Positions 1 to 9,916 of a stretch of 64,000 nt of DNA are shown piece by piece. Under the pieces are notes generated by a model. It was not told the DNA's origin. It did not search any database and was given only the letters and a program-made list of their open reading frames with translations. Position 1 is the stretch's first letter, and each line of letters starts with the position of its first letter. The translations under genes and the position numbers were made by a program. The DNA is from Vicinamibacteria bacterium (GTDB lineage Bacteria; Acidobacteriota; Vicinamibacteria; Marinacidobacterales; Marinacidobacteraceae). The stretch spans positions 2,488,887 through 2,552,886 of the forward strand of contig OY729431.1 of assembly GCA_963422395.1 (NCBI GenBank), given 5' to 3'.

Positions 1-1263
1 CGAGACCGGCTGAAGCCGCCGCGAGACGAAGAAGGAAGTCAGGTTGGCGATCATGAGCGGCACGATGACCGCGTAGCTCTGGGTGATCTCGAAGATCATG
101 AAAACCGACGCCATCGGCACCCGGATGATGCCGGCGAACGCTGCGCCCATCCCGACCAGCGCGTAGGCCCCGGAACCGGCCGTGAAGTCGAACCACAGGT
201 CGGCCAGCCCGCCGACCACTCCACCGAGCATCGCGCCGAGGAAGATGCTCGGACCGAAGATGCCGCCGGCGTTTCCCGAGGCGTAGGCGATCACCGAGAG
301 CCCGAGGTGGAGCGCGAGCAGTGCAGCCATGGCGCCCATGGGGAGTTCGCCGGCGAGCGCCCGGCCGACCGGGCCGTAGCCGACTTCGAAGAGTCCGGGG
401 AGCATCAACCACGCCGCCGCGACCGCCGCCGCGCCGAGCGCCGGCTGGAACCAGCGCGTCGCAGCGGGGAGGCGGCGGAACACCGCACGCAGCCAGAGCA
501 GCAACCGGACGAAACCCACCGACATGAGCCCGCCCAGTACCCCGAGCACAGCGTAGATGAGGAGTTCCGCCGGATGCCCGAGCCGGTAGGCCGGGACCGC
601 GAAGAGCGGCTCGTCGCCGAGCGAGAGCCGCAGCACCAGCCAGCTGGCCACGGCGCTCAGCACGACCGACCCGAGCACGCGGGCGTGGAGGTTGCCGACG
701 ATCTCTTCGAGCGAGAAGAGAATCGCGGCGATCGGAGTGTTGAAGGCGGCGGCGATGGCGGCCGCCGTGCCCACCGGAATCAGTTGCCGCCGCTTTTCCG
801 CGTCGAGCCGCAGGGCCTCGCCCACCGAGGAAGCGATCCCCGCCCCGATCTGCGCCGAGGGTCCTTCTCGGCCGAGGGGGATCCCGCTCCCCAGAGTGAG
901 CGCCCCGCAGAGGAACTTCCCGAAGGGAACCCGGAAGGGGATCCGGCCGTCGCGGGCGACGAGCGCCGCCTTGGTGTCCGGGATGCCGCTTCCCCGCGCC
1001 TCGCCGAACCAGCGATGCATGAGGAAACCGGCGGCGAGGGCGGCGAGGAAGGGAGCGGCGAAGCGCGCTGCTCCGAGCGCCGGCCCGTGCACCACCGCCT
1101 CGGCGAGCCGCTCGGTCACCACGATGAAGGCGACCACCACGCCGCCCACCAGCGCCCCGATCCCGAGCGTCAGGCCGGTGAAGAATCCTGGGCGTTCCAC
1201 CAGGTCCCGCGAAGAAAGCCAGCCCACAGCGCGGCCGGCGGCAGGCATGAAGCGCTGCTTCAT
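1..1263 (-). CDS. ClC family voltage-gated chloride channel. Partial: the 3' end lies beyond the window start.
   Basis: The minus-strand translation gives MKQRFMPAAG...GSGIPDTKAA...GREGPSAQIG...GIFGPSIFLG...VFMIFEITQSYAVIVPLMIANL. The ClC signature motifs GSGIP, GREGP, GxFxP and FEIT are all present. The ATG at 1263..1261 overlaps the upstream gene's stop (ATGA). The ORF track misses it because it runs off the window edge. Confidence 0.8.
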   Translation of the reverse strand, partial: MKQRFMPAAGRAVGWLSSRDLVERPGFFTGLTLGIGALVGGVVVAFIVVTERLAEAVVHGPALGAARFAAPFLAALAAGFLMHRWFGEARGSGIPDTKAALVARDGRIPFRVPFGKFLCGALTLGSGIPLGREGPSAQIGAGIASSVGEALRLDAEKRRQLIPVGTAAAIAAAFNTPIAAILFSLEEIVGNLHARVLGSVVLSAVASWLVLRLSLGDEPLFAVPAYRLGHPAELLIYAVLGVLGGLMSVGFVRLLLWLRAVFRRLPAATRWFQPALGAAAVAAAWLMLPGLFEVGYGPVGRALAGELPMGAMAALLALHLGLSVIAYASGNAGGIFGPSIFLGAMLGGVVGGLADLWFDFTAGSGAYALVGMGAAFAGIIRVPMASVFMIFEITQSYAVIVPLMIANLTSFFVSRRLQPVS

Positions 1264-2975
1264 CGGGCATTCCCCGGGGAGCGTGCTCTCGGGAGCGAGT
1301 GGAGCGCCACACCGAGAAACACGGTCACGCCGGCGCCGATCAGGTTGTAGTAGAGATAGGAGATCCCCTCGACGCCGAGCGCACGGGGGACGAGGTCGGC
1401 GGTCCAGACCGCGGCGACGCCGCCGAGGACCGCCGGAAATGCGCGGCGGGCACCGCGGGAAGGGAAGACGGCGGCGAGTACGAACGCCCCGAGGATCGGT
1501 CCGTAGAAGTACGACCCCACCCGATTCACCGCTTCCACCGCGGAGCCGAGCCGGCCCATGTAGAGCGCGGCGCTGGTGGCCACCGTTCCCCAGAACAGGA
1601 TGCCCAGGCGCCCGGCTCGCAGGTAGTGCTTCTCGGAAGCGGCCCGGACGCCGGAGCGTTCCCGGAAACGGCGGTAGAAATCCACCACGCTCGCAGTGGA
1701 GAGTGCCGAGAGTTCCGATTCCACCGTGGACATGGCGGCGGCGAGCACCGCGATCAGGATGAGGCCGACGATTCCCGGAGGCAGCTGGGTGAAAACGAAG
1801 GTCGGGAAGACATGGTTCGTATCGCTCCACGGCTCGCCGCGCGCCGCAGAAGCAGCGCGAACGGCTTCGGTGCGGCTCTCCTGCAGGGCCCGGTCGGCGG
1901 CCAGGTAACGCTCACGGACCGCCGGCTCAGCCGCCTCTCCAGCAGCAGCGAAGCGGAGCGCGGCGTCGCGGCGCTCGGCGAAAGCCCGGTCGTAGCGGGC
2001 TTCGGTTTCCGCCATCGCCGCGGGATCGGCAGCGCGGGTTTCGGCGAGGGTCACCGGATCGAAGAGCAGCGGCGGCTTCTCGAATTGGTAGAAGACGAAG
2101 AGCAGCGCCCCGGTGAGCAGGATCACGAACTGCACCGGCAGCTTGGCGAAAGCGTTGAACAGCAGCGACAGCCGGCTCTCGCGCAGCGAGCGGCCGGTGA
2201 GGTAGCGCTGCACCTGGCTCTGGTCGCAACCGAAGTAGGAGAGCATCAGGAAGAGCCCGCCGAGCAGTCCGGTCCAGACGGTGTAGGTGAGCCGAGGATC
2301 GGGATCGAAGGAAAGGGTCTCGAGCCGCCCGGTGGCCCCGGCTAGCCGGAGCGCGTCACCCAGGCCGACCTGTTCCGGCAGACCGAAGACGACGGATCCG
2401 AGACAGAAGAAGATGCCGAGCAGGATGATGAGCATCTGCCAGGTCTCGACCCACATCACCGCCCGCATCCCCCCGAGCGCGGTATAGATGGTGGCGAAGC
2501 CGCCGATCAGGAGCACGGTGAGGGTCTCGTCGAGCGAGAACACCACCGAGAGCACCACCGACGGGGCGTAGATCACCACTGCGCCGGAGAGCGCCCGGCC
2601 GAACAGGAACAAAAGGCTGGTGAGGGAGCGGGTTCCGGGTCCGCACCGCTTTTCCAGGTATTCGTAGGCGGTGAACACCCGCGCCCGGTAGAAGAGCGGC
2701 ACCAGGGTGACGCACAGGATCACCATGGCGATCGGCAGCGCCAGGTAGATCTGGAGGAAGCGCATCCCGTCCACATAGGCCTGCCCGGTAGTGCCCACGA
2801 GGGTGATGGCGCTCGCCTGGGTCGCCATCACCGAGAGGCCCATCGCGTACCAGGGCATGGAACGGCGGGCCAGGAAGTAGTCTTCGAGCCCCCGGTTCCC
2901 CCGGCCGGTGAGCGCGCCGACGGCGACGATCAGGCCGAAGTAGGCCGCGACGACGATCCAGTCGAGGAGCTGCAC
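1260..2975 (-). CDS. Sodium:solute symporter (SSS/SSF family) with a long hydrophilic insertion loop.
   Basis: 571-aa ORF. The N-terminus MQLLDWIVVAAYFGLIVAVGALTGRGN...EDYFLARRSMPWYAMGLS...TQASAITLVG is typical of SSF transporters. It is multi-TM throughout. Confidence 0.85.
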   Translation of the reverse strand: MQLLDWIVVAAYFGLIVAVGALTGRGNRGLEDYFLARRSMPWYAMGLSVMATQASAITLVGTTGQAYVDGMRFLQIYLALPIAMVILCVTLVPLFYRARVFTAYEYLEKRCGPGTRSLTSLLFLFGRALSGAVVIYAPSVVLSVVFSLDETLTVLLIGGFATIYTALGGMRAVMWVETWQMLIILLGIFFCLGSVVFGLPEQVGLGDALRLAGATGRLETLSFDPDPRLTYTVWTGLLGGLFLMLSYFGCDQSQVQRYLTGRSLRESRLSLLFNAFAKLPVQFVILLTGALLFVFYQFEKPPLLFDPVTLAETRAADPAAMAETEARYDRAFAERRDAALRFAAAGEAAEPAVRERYLAADRALQESRTEAVRAASAARGEPWSDTNHVFPTFVFTQLPPGIVGLILIAVLAAAMSTVESELSALSTASVVDFYRRFRERSGVRAASEKHYLRAGRLGILFWGTVATSAALYMGRLGSAVEAVNRVGSYFYGPILGAFVLAAVFPSRGARRAFPAVLGGVAAVWTADLVPRALGVEGISYLYYNLIGAGVTVFLGVALHSLPRARSPGNAR

Positions 2976-3371
2976 CGTCCCCCCGATCAGGGCGCGAACG
3001 CCCGGGAGAACAGAAAGAGGAGGAGGTAGCTGGCGAGCGCGGTCATGAAGACCGCGGCGTAGAGCCGCCTCCAGGAGCGGAAGAAGCCGCTGCCCGCCGG
3101 AGGCGGGCCTTCCGCGTTCTCCGTCAAAAGACCGTTTCGGACGCCAGCGGGCGCGAACGCCGCACCCGGCGGACTCCCGTCAGGAGAGGCGAGGCACGCA
3201 GCGCGTTTTCCATCAGGGGAGTATCGAAGAGGCGGCTAGACTCACCGGCCGATACCGGGCCGCCGGCCGGCTCGTGCCGAGGATTCTAGGGAGCTGTCCG
3301 GAATCGCGGGATCCTTGGCGGTCCCGGCGAAGTACGGAATGGCGAAGCAAGGGGTGGCGAAGGACGGAATC

Positions 3372-6143
3372 ATGAGCATCTCGCCGCAGGCGAAGCGAGC
3401 CGCGCTTACGCCGCGCACTTTTCCGGTTGGCCCCCTCCTGGGCTTGTTCCTCGCGCTCGGGGCGCTCTTGGGAGCGGCGGCCCCTGCCGGCGCCCAGCTT
3501 CGCCCCCTCGCCGAAGACCGCGGCGCGACGGGTCTGGGTCTCAAGCTGCGCAAGATCGCGAGCGGAGTCTCGGTGCTCGCCATCACCGCGCATCCGGACG
3601 ACGAGAACAACGCCCTCCACGCGCTGCTGAGCCGGGGGCTGGGGGCGCGGGTGTCGCTCTTGACGCTGACCCGCGGCGGCGGCGGCCAGAACGAGATCGG
3701 ACCGGAGCTCGGCGATGGCCTGCGGCTGCTCCGGACCGAGGAACTCCGCGCTTCGCACCGGCTCGACGAAGTGGAGCAGTACTTCGGGATGGTGTCCGAC
3801 TTCGGTTATTCGTTCAGCGTCGAGGAGACCTTCGAGAAATGGGGCCGCGAGCAGACGCTCGGCGAGGTAGTGCGAATGATCCGGGCGATCCGGCCCGATG
3901 TCGTCCTCACCCTGCCGCCTTTCGGCACCGGCGGCGGCCAGCACCATCAGGCCGCCGGACGGCTCGCGCACCTCGCGTTCGATGCGGCGGGAGACCCCGA
4001 TCGCTTCCCGGAGCACGCCGCCCTCGGACTCCTCCCCTGGCAACCGCTGCGCCTCTTCGTGGGGGGAGTGGGCGGGGGTTCGGGCGCCGCCGACGGGCGG
4101 ACGGTCGAGATCGAGACCTCGATCTGGGACCCGCTCCTCGGCCGCACCTACGATGATCTCGGACAGGAGGCGCGATCCGCCCACCGCTGTCAGGGGATGG
4201 GGCAGGTCCGGGGAGCAGCGGGGTTTCCGACCCGCCTCGTCGAAACCCGTACCGCGGGTCCCGAAACCGAAAGCGGGGAGGGAATCTTCGCCGGCATTCC
4301 CACCGGGATCGAGCGGCTGGAGGCGTTCCTCGACGGAACGCCCGAGGCGATGGCCGAAGCCGGGGGCTTCCTCGACACGCTCGAGGAAGCAGTAGCAGAT
4401 GCCCAGGCCGCGTTCTCGGCGGTCTCACCCGGCGATTCGCTTCCCGGCCTCCGCCGGGCGCTCGCCTCGGCACGGAAACTGCGGAGGGGGGCGCTTCCCG
4501 AGGGGCTGACCGAGAAGAGCCGCCACGAGATCGAACACCGAGTGGCGCTCCGGGAGCGGCAGCTCGGGGAAGCGCTCGCGCTCGCCCACGGGCTTACCGT
4601 GGACGCGGTCGCCGATGCCGGCGAAGTCGTCCCTGGCGGCCGGTTTGGCGCCGAAGTCTTCGTGAGCGGCAGCGCCGCCGACCCGGTCACCGTAACCGGG
4701 GTCGACCTCGAAGTCCCCGAGGGATGGAGGGTGGCGATGGCGCAGGATGTCCTTTCTCCCCCGCGCGGCGCCGGCCCCCGCCGCCGGCCCCCGCCGCCGG
4801 CGCTCGGACCCGGCGACTTCCCGCGGCCAGCCGGCGCCGGAACCCCGCTGCGGACAGTCTTCGGCGTCTCGGTCCCCGAGGGCGCAGCGCTCAGCCGGCA
4901 GCCCTGGCGAGAGCTCTCCGGACAGGACCGCTTCGCGCCGGCAACGGAAGCGCTCTTCGGGCTGCCGGTGCGGCCGCCGCGGGTGAGAGCGCGGGTCTCC
5001 TTCGAATCCGGGGGTATTTCCGCTTCGGTGCGGCTGCCGCTGGAATACCGCTACGAAGGGGAGTGGGTCGGGACCGAAAAGCAGAAAGAGGTGTCGGTCC
5101 TGCCGCGGGTCTCGGTCGGGGTGACGCCGGAGATCGTGGTGTTCCCCCGCGGGGGCGGCCCCCGGCAGCTCACCGTTTCCGTCGTCCACCGGGGATCGGG
5201 GTCCGCGGAATTCGAGACCGCGCTGCGCGCTCCCGAGGGCTGGATCGTGAGCCCGGCCAGCGGACCGGTTTCCTTTTCCGGCCCCGGCGAAACTCGTCTG
5301 GAGTTCGAGGTGAGCGCGCCCCCGAACGCCGCCGCCGGCCGCTACCCGCTGGAAGCCCTGGCCCAGCCCGCCTCCGGCGGCGCGCCCTTCCGGGAGACCG
5401 TCGAAACCATCGCCTACCACCACATCGAAACCCGCTACCTCTTCCGGCGCGCCGAGGCCGGAGCGCGGGTGCTCGACGCGGCGGTCGCGCCGGTCCGCGT
5501 CGGCTATGTGGAAGGAGTCGGGGACGAGGTGGCGGAGGCCATCGCTCAGCTCGGCGTCCCGCTGACCTTCCTCGACGAAGAAGCGCTCGCTGCAGGCGAC
5601 CTCTCGATTTACGACACGATCGTGCTGGGGGTTCGCGCCTATCTGGCCCGCCCCGACCTGCGGACCCACAACGACCGCCTGCTGGAGTTCGTGGAAGCGG
5701 GAGGCACGCTGCTCGTCCAATACCACAAGTTCGAGTTCAACGCCGCGCAGTGGGGGCCCTACCCCGTTTCCGTCGGACGCGGCCGGGTGACCGTCGAGGA
5801 CGCCCCGATGCAGGTCCTCGTTCCCGACCACCCGGTATTCCTCGCGCCGAACCGGATCGGCGCCGCCGACTGGGACGACTGGGTCCAGGAGCGCGGGCTC
5901 TACTTCCTGGCGCCGGGCGGCGATCCCGCCTATCGGGACCTGCTCGCCTCCGAAGACCCCGTGGAATACAACGCCGGCGAAAAGCGCGGCCTCCTGGTCG
6001 AAGCACGGCACGGCGCGGGCCGCTGGCTCTACCTGGGCCTCGGCATCTGGCGCCAGCTCCCCGCCGGCACTCCGGGCGCCTACCGGCTGCTCGCGAACCT
6101 CCTCAGCCTCGGGTCGCGCTCGGCGGTCGCGACCGAGCCGTGA
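3372..6143 (+). CDS. PIG-L/LmbE-family N-acetylglucosaminyl deacetylase domain fused to a C-terminal ThuA-like (class I glutamine amidotransferase-like) domain. Secreted.
   Basis: The AHPDDE motif (ITAHPDDENNALHALL) is present with the downstream LmbE-like pattern. A signal-peptide-like N-terminus (MSISPQAKRAALTPRTFPVGPLLGLFLALGALLGAAAPAGAQ) begins at the ATG at 3372; the track ORF starts at 3315. The C-terminal region (VGYVEGVGDEV...TLLVQYHKFEF...) resembles the ThuA/GATase1 fold. Confidence 0.65.
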   Translation: MSISPQAKRAALTPRTFPVGPLLGLFLALGALLGAAAPAGAQLRPLAEDRGATGLGLKLRKIASGVSVLAITAHPDDENNALHALLSRGLGARVSLLTLTRGGGGQNEIGPELGDGLRLLRTEELRASHRLDEVEQYFGMVSDFGYSFSVEETFEKWGREQTLGEVVRMIRAIRPDVVLTLPPFGTGGGQHHQAAGRLAHLAFDAAGDPDRFPEHAALGLLPWQPLRLFVGGVGGGSGAADGRTVEIETSIWDPLLGRTYDDLGQEARSAHRCQGMGQVRGAAGFPTRLVETRTAGPETESGEGIFAGIPTGIERLEAFLDGTPEAMAEAGGFLDTLEEAVADAQAAFSAVSPGDSLPGLRRALASARKLRRGALPEGLTEKSRHEIEHRVALRERQLGEALALAHGLTVDAVADAGEVVPGGRFGAEVFVSGSAADPVTVTGVDLEVPEGWRVAMAQDVLSPPRGAGPRRRPPPPALGPGDFPRPAGAGTPLRTVFGVSVPEGAALSRQPWRELSGQDRFAPATEALFGLPVRPPRVRARVSFESGGISASVRLPLEYRYEGEWVGTEKQKEVSVLPRVSVGVTPEIVVFPRGGGPRQLTVSVVHRGSGSAEFETALRAPEGWIVSPASGPVSFSGPGETRLEFEVSAPPNAAAGRYPLEALAQPASGGAPFRETVETIAYHHIETRYLFRRAEAGARVLDAAVAPVRVGYVEGVGDEVAEAIAQLGVPLTFLDEEALAAGDLSIYDTIVLGVRAYLARPDLRTHNDRLLEFVEAGGTLLVQYHKFEFNAAQWGPYPVSVGRGRVTVEDAPMQVLVPDHPVFLAPNRIGAADWDDWVQERGLYFLAPGGDPAYRDLLASEDPVEYNAGEKRGLLVEARHGAGRWLYLGLGIWRQLPAGTPGAYRLLANLLSLGSRSAVATEP

Positions 6144-6499
6144 GCGACCGGTCATTCCTCCTACCTCGCCATCCTCCTCGCCCCGATCCGCGTCTCGGCG
6201 TCGTATCGGCCGCAATTCGGCAGGCGTGACTCCTGGCTCGGGTTTGGACATGCCGATGATGTCGATGATGTATGCCGCGCACGAGGCGGCCGGCGGTATC
6301 ACGAGCCTTCGACCGAAGATGCCGCGTGGTCCTACCGGGTTCCGGATCAGGGCCAGAGCTCCCGCCGGAGCCACAGACTGCTTGCTCTCGACGCCCTTTT
6401 CCACTCGACCGGATTCCGCCCGACGATGACCGCCAACGAAACCGCATCCGGCGAAACCCAAAGCGGGCGGCGGAAGGGGCGCCCGTCGAGGCCGACTCG

Positions 6500-8869
6500 C
6501 TACAGGCGGAAGAGATAGTTCAGCTTCAACGAAAGGCTGCGGTTCTCGACGAAGAAGACGTCCGACCACTCGTCGATCTCGGTATAGACCAGGAAGAGGT
6601 CGGTGCCTGGCTTCGGAATCCAGTGGAAGCGGACATTCGAGGCCAGGTCGTCGGTGGCGTCGTTGTACTGGAAGAGGCCGAGGAGGACCAGGTCGTTCCG
6701 GAAGGCGAGCCGCATCCGGGTCGAGATCAGGTGGGTGTTCAGATCGCCGCCGGGCAGCCGGATCCGGTTGTACTCGTAGCTTCCCCTCACTCCGAAGTTC
6801 CGGGTGATCCGGTAATTGCCGCCCAGCGACCAGAGGTCGCGCGTTCCACCCCAGAAACTACCGAATTCGTAATCGGTGCGGAGCGAGGCGTAGCGGCGGC
6901 GGTAGGTGTTCAGGGAGAACTGGTAGCGCCGGAACGGATACTCCCCAGCGGGGATCCGGACTCCGTTGATCGAGTAGTCATCGGAGGTGAACTCGTACTG
7001 GTCGGTGATCTCGAAGGAGAATTCGTCACCGCTCTCGAGGGCAGCCCGTCCGTTCAGCGTGGCGCGGCGGGTCTCTAGGACACCCTCGAGATTCGCGGTG
7101 CGGTTCAGGTTCGCCGAGAGATGCACCTGCCGTACCCGGGGAATGTCGGGGCGCCGTGAGACCCGCCCGGAGAGAAAGGACTTGCGGATGCCGCGGCGCC
7201 GGACGAAACCGACTCCAGGATCGAAGTTCTTCCCGATCTCGATGAACTTCACGGTTCCCCCGAACCGGTCGTCGTCGTAGGAGAGCCGCCCGCTGGCCAG
7301 GCCCGTGCTGTTCTGGCCCGTCTCCTCGAAGACCCGCGCCCAGACGCCCTCGAAGGTCCAGACATCGCGGAAGTACAGGCTGGTATCCAGTCCGGCGACC
7401 CGATTGAAGCGGACACCGTTGCTCCGGTCGGTGAAGACGGCGCCGACGGTCGAACGCGAGAACAGGTCGCGGCGCACCCGCGCCACGGTGAATCGTTCTC
7501 CGGGAGCGCCGCCAGCGGCGGCGGTGGCCATTCCCATGAGCCCCACGGTGTAGGCGCCCTGTCGGCCGGAGAGCCGGCCGCCGCCCAGGATGGGGACCGC
7601 CTGCCCCTCATCGGAAAGCCCGATTCGGCGGGTGAAGACGATGTCCGCGTCGCGGCGCTCGCCGAAGGAGAAGTTCCGCTGCCCTTCGAGGAAGATCTGC
7701 CGTTTTTCGGGGAAGCGGAGGGAGAATCGGCTGAAGTTGATCTGGAGGTCGTCCACTTCCTCCTGGGCGAAGTCGGTGTTCCAGGTGAAGTCGGCGGTGA
7801 GGCCGGGGGTTACCCCCCACTTCAGATCGAGTCCTCCGTCGGCGCGGCGGGCCTCTCCTTCCCACGCCGCGCCGCCGGACAACGCACCGAGCGCGTAGGG
7901 CCGGATCTCTATGTTCCGCCCCGGCTGGATGCCCTCGAGCCCGCGCAGTTTGCCGAGTTCGGCGGGGCGGTACCAGGTGGAGTCGTTCGAGACGAACGGC
8001 CAGTACACCTCCTCGGTCTTCATCGGCATGTTCCGCTTGAAACCGATGCCGAAGACCAGCGGCTGTCCGGGGAGCGGCGGCCGGAAACGGAGCGACTGGA
8101 ACGGCACCCGCACCTCGGCGGTCCAGCCGCCGGGGACGAACTGGCCGCGGGACTCCCAGACGGTGTCCCAGTCGAGGTTCCGGGTCTCGGGCCCCTGCCC
8201 GTTCTGGCTCATGTCGAAAACGATGCCGTTCGCGTTGGTGGCGAGGAAGACCGCGCTCCGCTGGTCGTCGTAGGCGTCGAGCATGATCGCCACTGCGTCG
8301 TCGCTGCCGATGTTCTCGTCACGGAACATCGTCCGGGGACGGCTTCGCTCGGCCGAGCGCTCCGCATGGGGAACCTCGTGTCCCTGGATGCGGTGCTCAC
8401 CGACCGTACAGAAGAAACCGAAGTAGAGATTCTCGTCGTCGTAGAGCACCCGCACGATCGTGGATTCGGTGGACGGCAACCCCTCGTCGGTCTCGCGCTC
8501 GTAGAAATCGCCGATCGGGCGCGCCCGCTCCCAGGCCGCTTCGTCCAGCCAGCCGTCCACCGAGATCCGTTCGCCGATGCGCTCGGCATGGATCTCCCAG
8601 CTCCTGGCCTCGAGCACCCGCACCCGATCCTCGCGGCTCAGCTGCCGCAGCTCGGCGGCAGTCGGCGAGACCGCCGGCGGCGCCGGCAGCAGGGCGGCGG
8701 CGCTGCGGCGGCCCGCGCCGCCGCCGGTGACCCGCTCCCGATCCTGACCCGCCTCGGAATGCCCCGGCCGCTCTTGACCGGCTCCCGCAGCGGCCAGGAC
8801 CAGGACCGCAGCAGCAGCGAGCACGGCGCGCGCTGCGGCACCCCCGGGCGAAAGGGTCCGCGTCGGCAT
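6500..8869 (-). CDS. DUF5916/CBM9-like outer-membrane beta-barrel protein with a carbohydrate-binding family 9-like N-terminal domain.
   Basis: The signal peptide MPTRTLSPGGAAARAVLAAAAVLVLAAAGAGQ starts at an internal ATG at 8869. A CBM9-like segment reads RVEVRSWEIHAERIGERISVDGWLDEAAWERARPIGDFYE. The C-terminus ends ...LKLNYLFRL, consistent with an OM beta-barrel terminal aromatic residue. Confidence 0.6.
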   Translation of the reverse strand: MPTRTLSPGGAAARAVLAAAAVLVLAAAGAGQERPGHSEAGQDRERVTGGGAGRRSAAALLPAPPAVSPTAAELRQLSREDRVRVLEARSWEIHAERIGERISVDGWLDEAAWERARPIGDFYERETDEGLPSTESTIVRVLYDDENLYFGFFCTVGEHRIQGHEVPHAERSAERSRPRTMFRDENIGSDDAVAIMLDAYDDQRSAVFLATNANGIVFDMSQNGQGPETRNLDWDTVWESRGQFVPGGWTAEVRVPFQSLRFRPPLPGQPLVFGIGFKRNMPMKTEEVYWPFVSNDSTWYRPAELGKLRGLEGIQPGRNIEIRPYALGALSGGAAWEGEARRADGGLDLKWGVTPGLTADFTWNTDFAQEEVDDLQINFSRFSLRFPEKRQIFLEGQRNFSFGERRDADIVFTRRIGLSDEGQAVPILGGGRLSGRQGAYTVGLMGMATAAAGGAPGERFTVARVRRDLFSRSTVGAVFTDRSNGVRFNRVAGLDTSLYFRDVWTFEGVWARVFEETGQNSTGLASGRLSYDDDRFGGTVKFIEIGKNFDPGVGFVRRRGIRKSFLSGRVSRRPDIPRVRQVHLSANLNRTANLEGVLETRRATLNGRAALESGDEFSFEITDQYEFTSDDYSINGVRIPAGEYPFRRYQFSLNTYRRRYASLRTDYEFGSFWGGTRDLWSLGGNYRITRNFGVRGSYEYNRIRLPGGDLNTHLISTRMRLAFRNDLVLLGLFQYNDATDDLASNVRFHWIPKPGTDLFLVYTEIDEWSDVFFVENRSLSLKLNYLFRL

Positions 8870-8883
8870 CCCGAAGAATCGGT

Positions 8884-9909
8884 TTAGGAGGTGCGCGCGA
8901 AACCGGTGGCGATCTCGGCCAACCACGGCTGGATCGCGCCGTAGAGACCGTCGCGGCAGTGGAAACGGTAGAGGTAGGTGCGGCCGTCCACGAAGTTGTA
9001 GATCACCCATTCGAGATAATCGGCGAGCTGGGTCTCGACCGAGTAGAGCACTGCGATTCCCCGGCCCTCCTCGAGGAGGTCGTGACGGAGCATTCGGTAG
9101 TTCTCGCCGAGACCCGCCGCCGCCGCGCTGTAGAAACCCTCGAGGGTCGTTCCCGGCTGCGCCTGGTTCACGGTGACCTCGAGCGTGGCGTGCACGGTCG
9201 CCCCGTCGCTGTCCACCGCGAGCGGCCCGCTACGGAAACCGACGAACAGCGTCTCCCCGGCCTGGCGGAGGAAGTGCGAGCGCGTCCAGCTTCGTGGGTA
9301 ACGGAGCGACAGCTCGAACGCAGCATCCTCGTAGAGATCGAAATGGCTGGCGGATTCGATCGAGAAACCCTGGTACATGCGGTCCAGCGTGGGCCCGTAG
9401 GCGAGCACGCTCCGCGCCTCCCCGGTGGCGAAGACGCCGTAGAGAACTTCTTCGACCTCGATCAACAGCAGGCGGCCGGATTGCGGCCGCCGCTCCCACT
9501 CGAAGCTCCACAAGAACCCCTCGGCGGCGCCGAGCCGGAACGACCTCTCCGAGAGCACCTTCTGCTCTCCGATGTAGAACCGGTCGGCCAGCTCGCGCAG
9601 CGACTGTCCGGCGGGCGCCGGACCGGCCATCACCTGGACCTGGATGCCGTCTCGCTCCGGGACATCCACCGACGGACCGGTGAAGGTGGTCATGCGAAAG
9701 CCGCCCTGCTGGTCCGCCGCCGAGCTCCAGCCCTGCGGCAGCGGCAGCGACACCGCGATGTCCGGCACATAGACGGTGATGAGCCGCTGCTTCGCGGGAT
9801 CGCGGCAGGAGAGCGCAGCGAGCGGCAGGAGCAACAGCGCCGCGGGCGCGAGACGAAACCGAATCGGGAAGGGCCGCGGACGCCGCGTGACTTCACTCAC
9901 ATCGTCCAC
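8884..9909 (-). CDS. Hypothetical lipoprotein.
   Basis: Signal and lipobox LLLLPLAALSC. The likely start is a GTG 7 nt after the guaB stop; the ATG at 9969 would overlap guaB by 52 nt. No recognisable catalytic motifs. Confidence 0.5.
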   Translation of the reverse strand: MDDVSEVTRRPRPFPIRFRLAPAALLLLPLAALSCRDPAKQRLITVYVPDIAVSLPLPQGWSSAADQQGGFRMTTFTGPSVDVPERDGIQVQVMAGPAPAGQSLRELADRFYIGEQKVLSERSFRLGAAEGFLWSFEWERRPQSGRLLLIEVEEVLYGVFATGEARSVLAYGPTLDRMYQGFSIESASHFDLYEDAAFELSLRYPRSWTRSHFLRQAGETLFVGFRSGPLAVDSDGATVHATLEVTVNQAQPGTTLEGFYSAAAAGLGENYRMLRHDLLEEGRGIAVLYSVETQLADYLEWVIYNFVDGRTYLYRFHCRDGLYGAIQPWLAEIATGFARTS

Positions 9910-9916
9910 CGAACCA

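Noticed and set aside
307-1762. Plus-strand ORFs 307..1350 (347 aa) and 692..1762 (356 aa).
   Set aside because: They are Arg/Pro/Gly-rich low-complexity translations antisense to the ClC and SSS genes, typical of high-GC frames. The minus strand carries clear ClC/SSS motifs.
4425-6569. Minus-strand 714-aa ORF.
   Set aside because: It is antisense to the LmbE-ThuA fusion gene and has a low-complexity Arg/Gly/Pro composition with no motifs.
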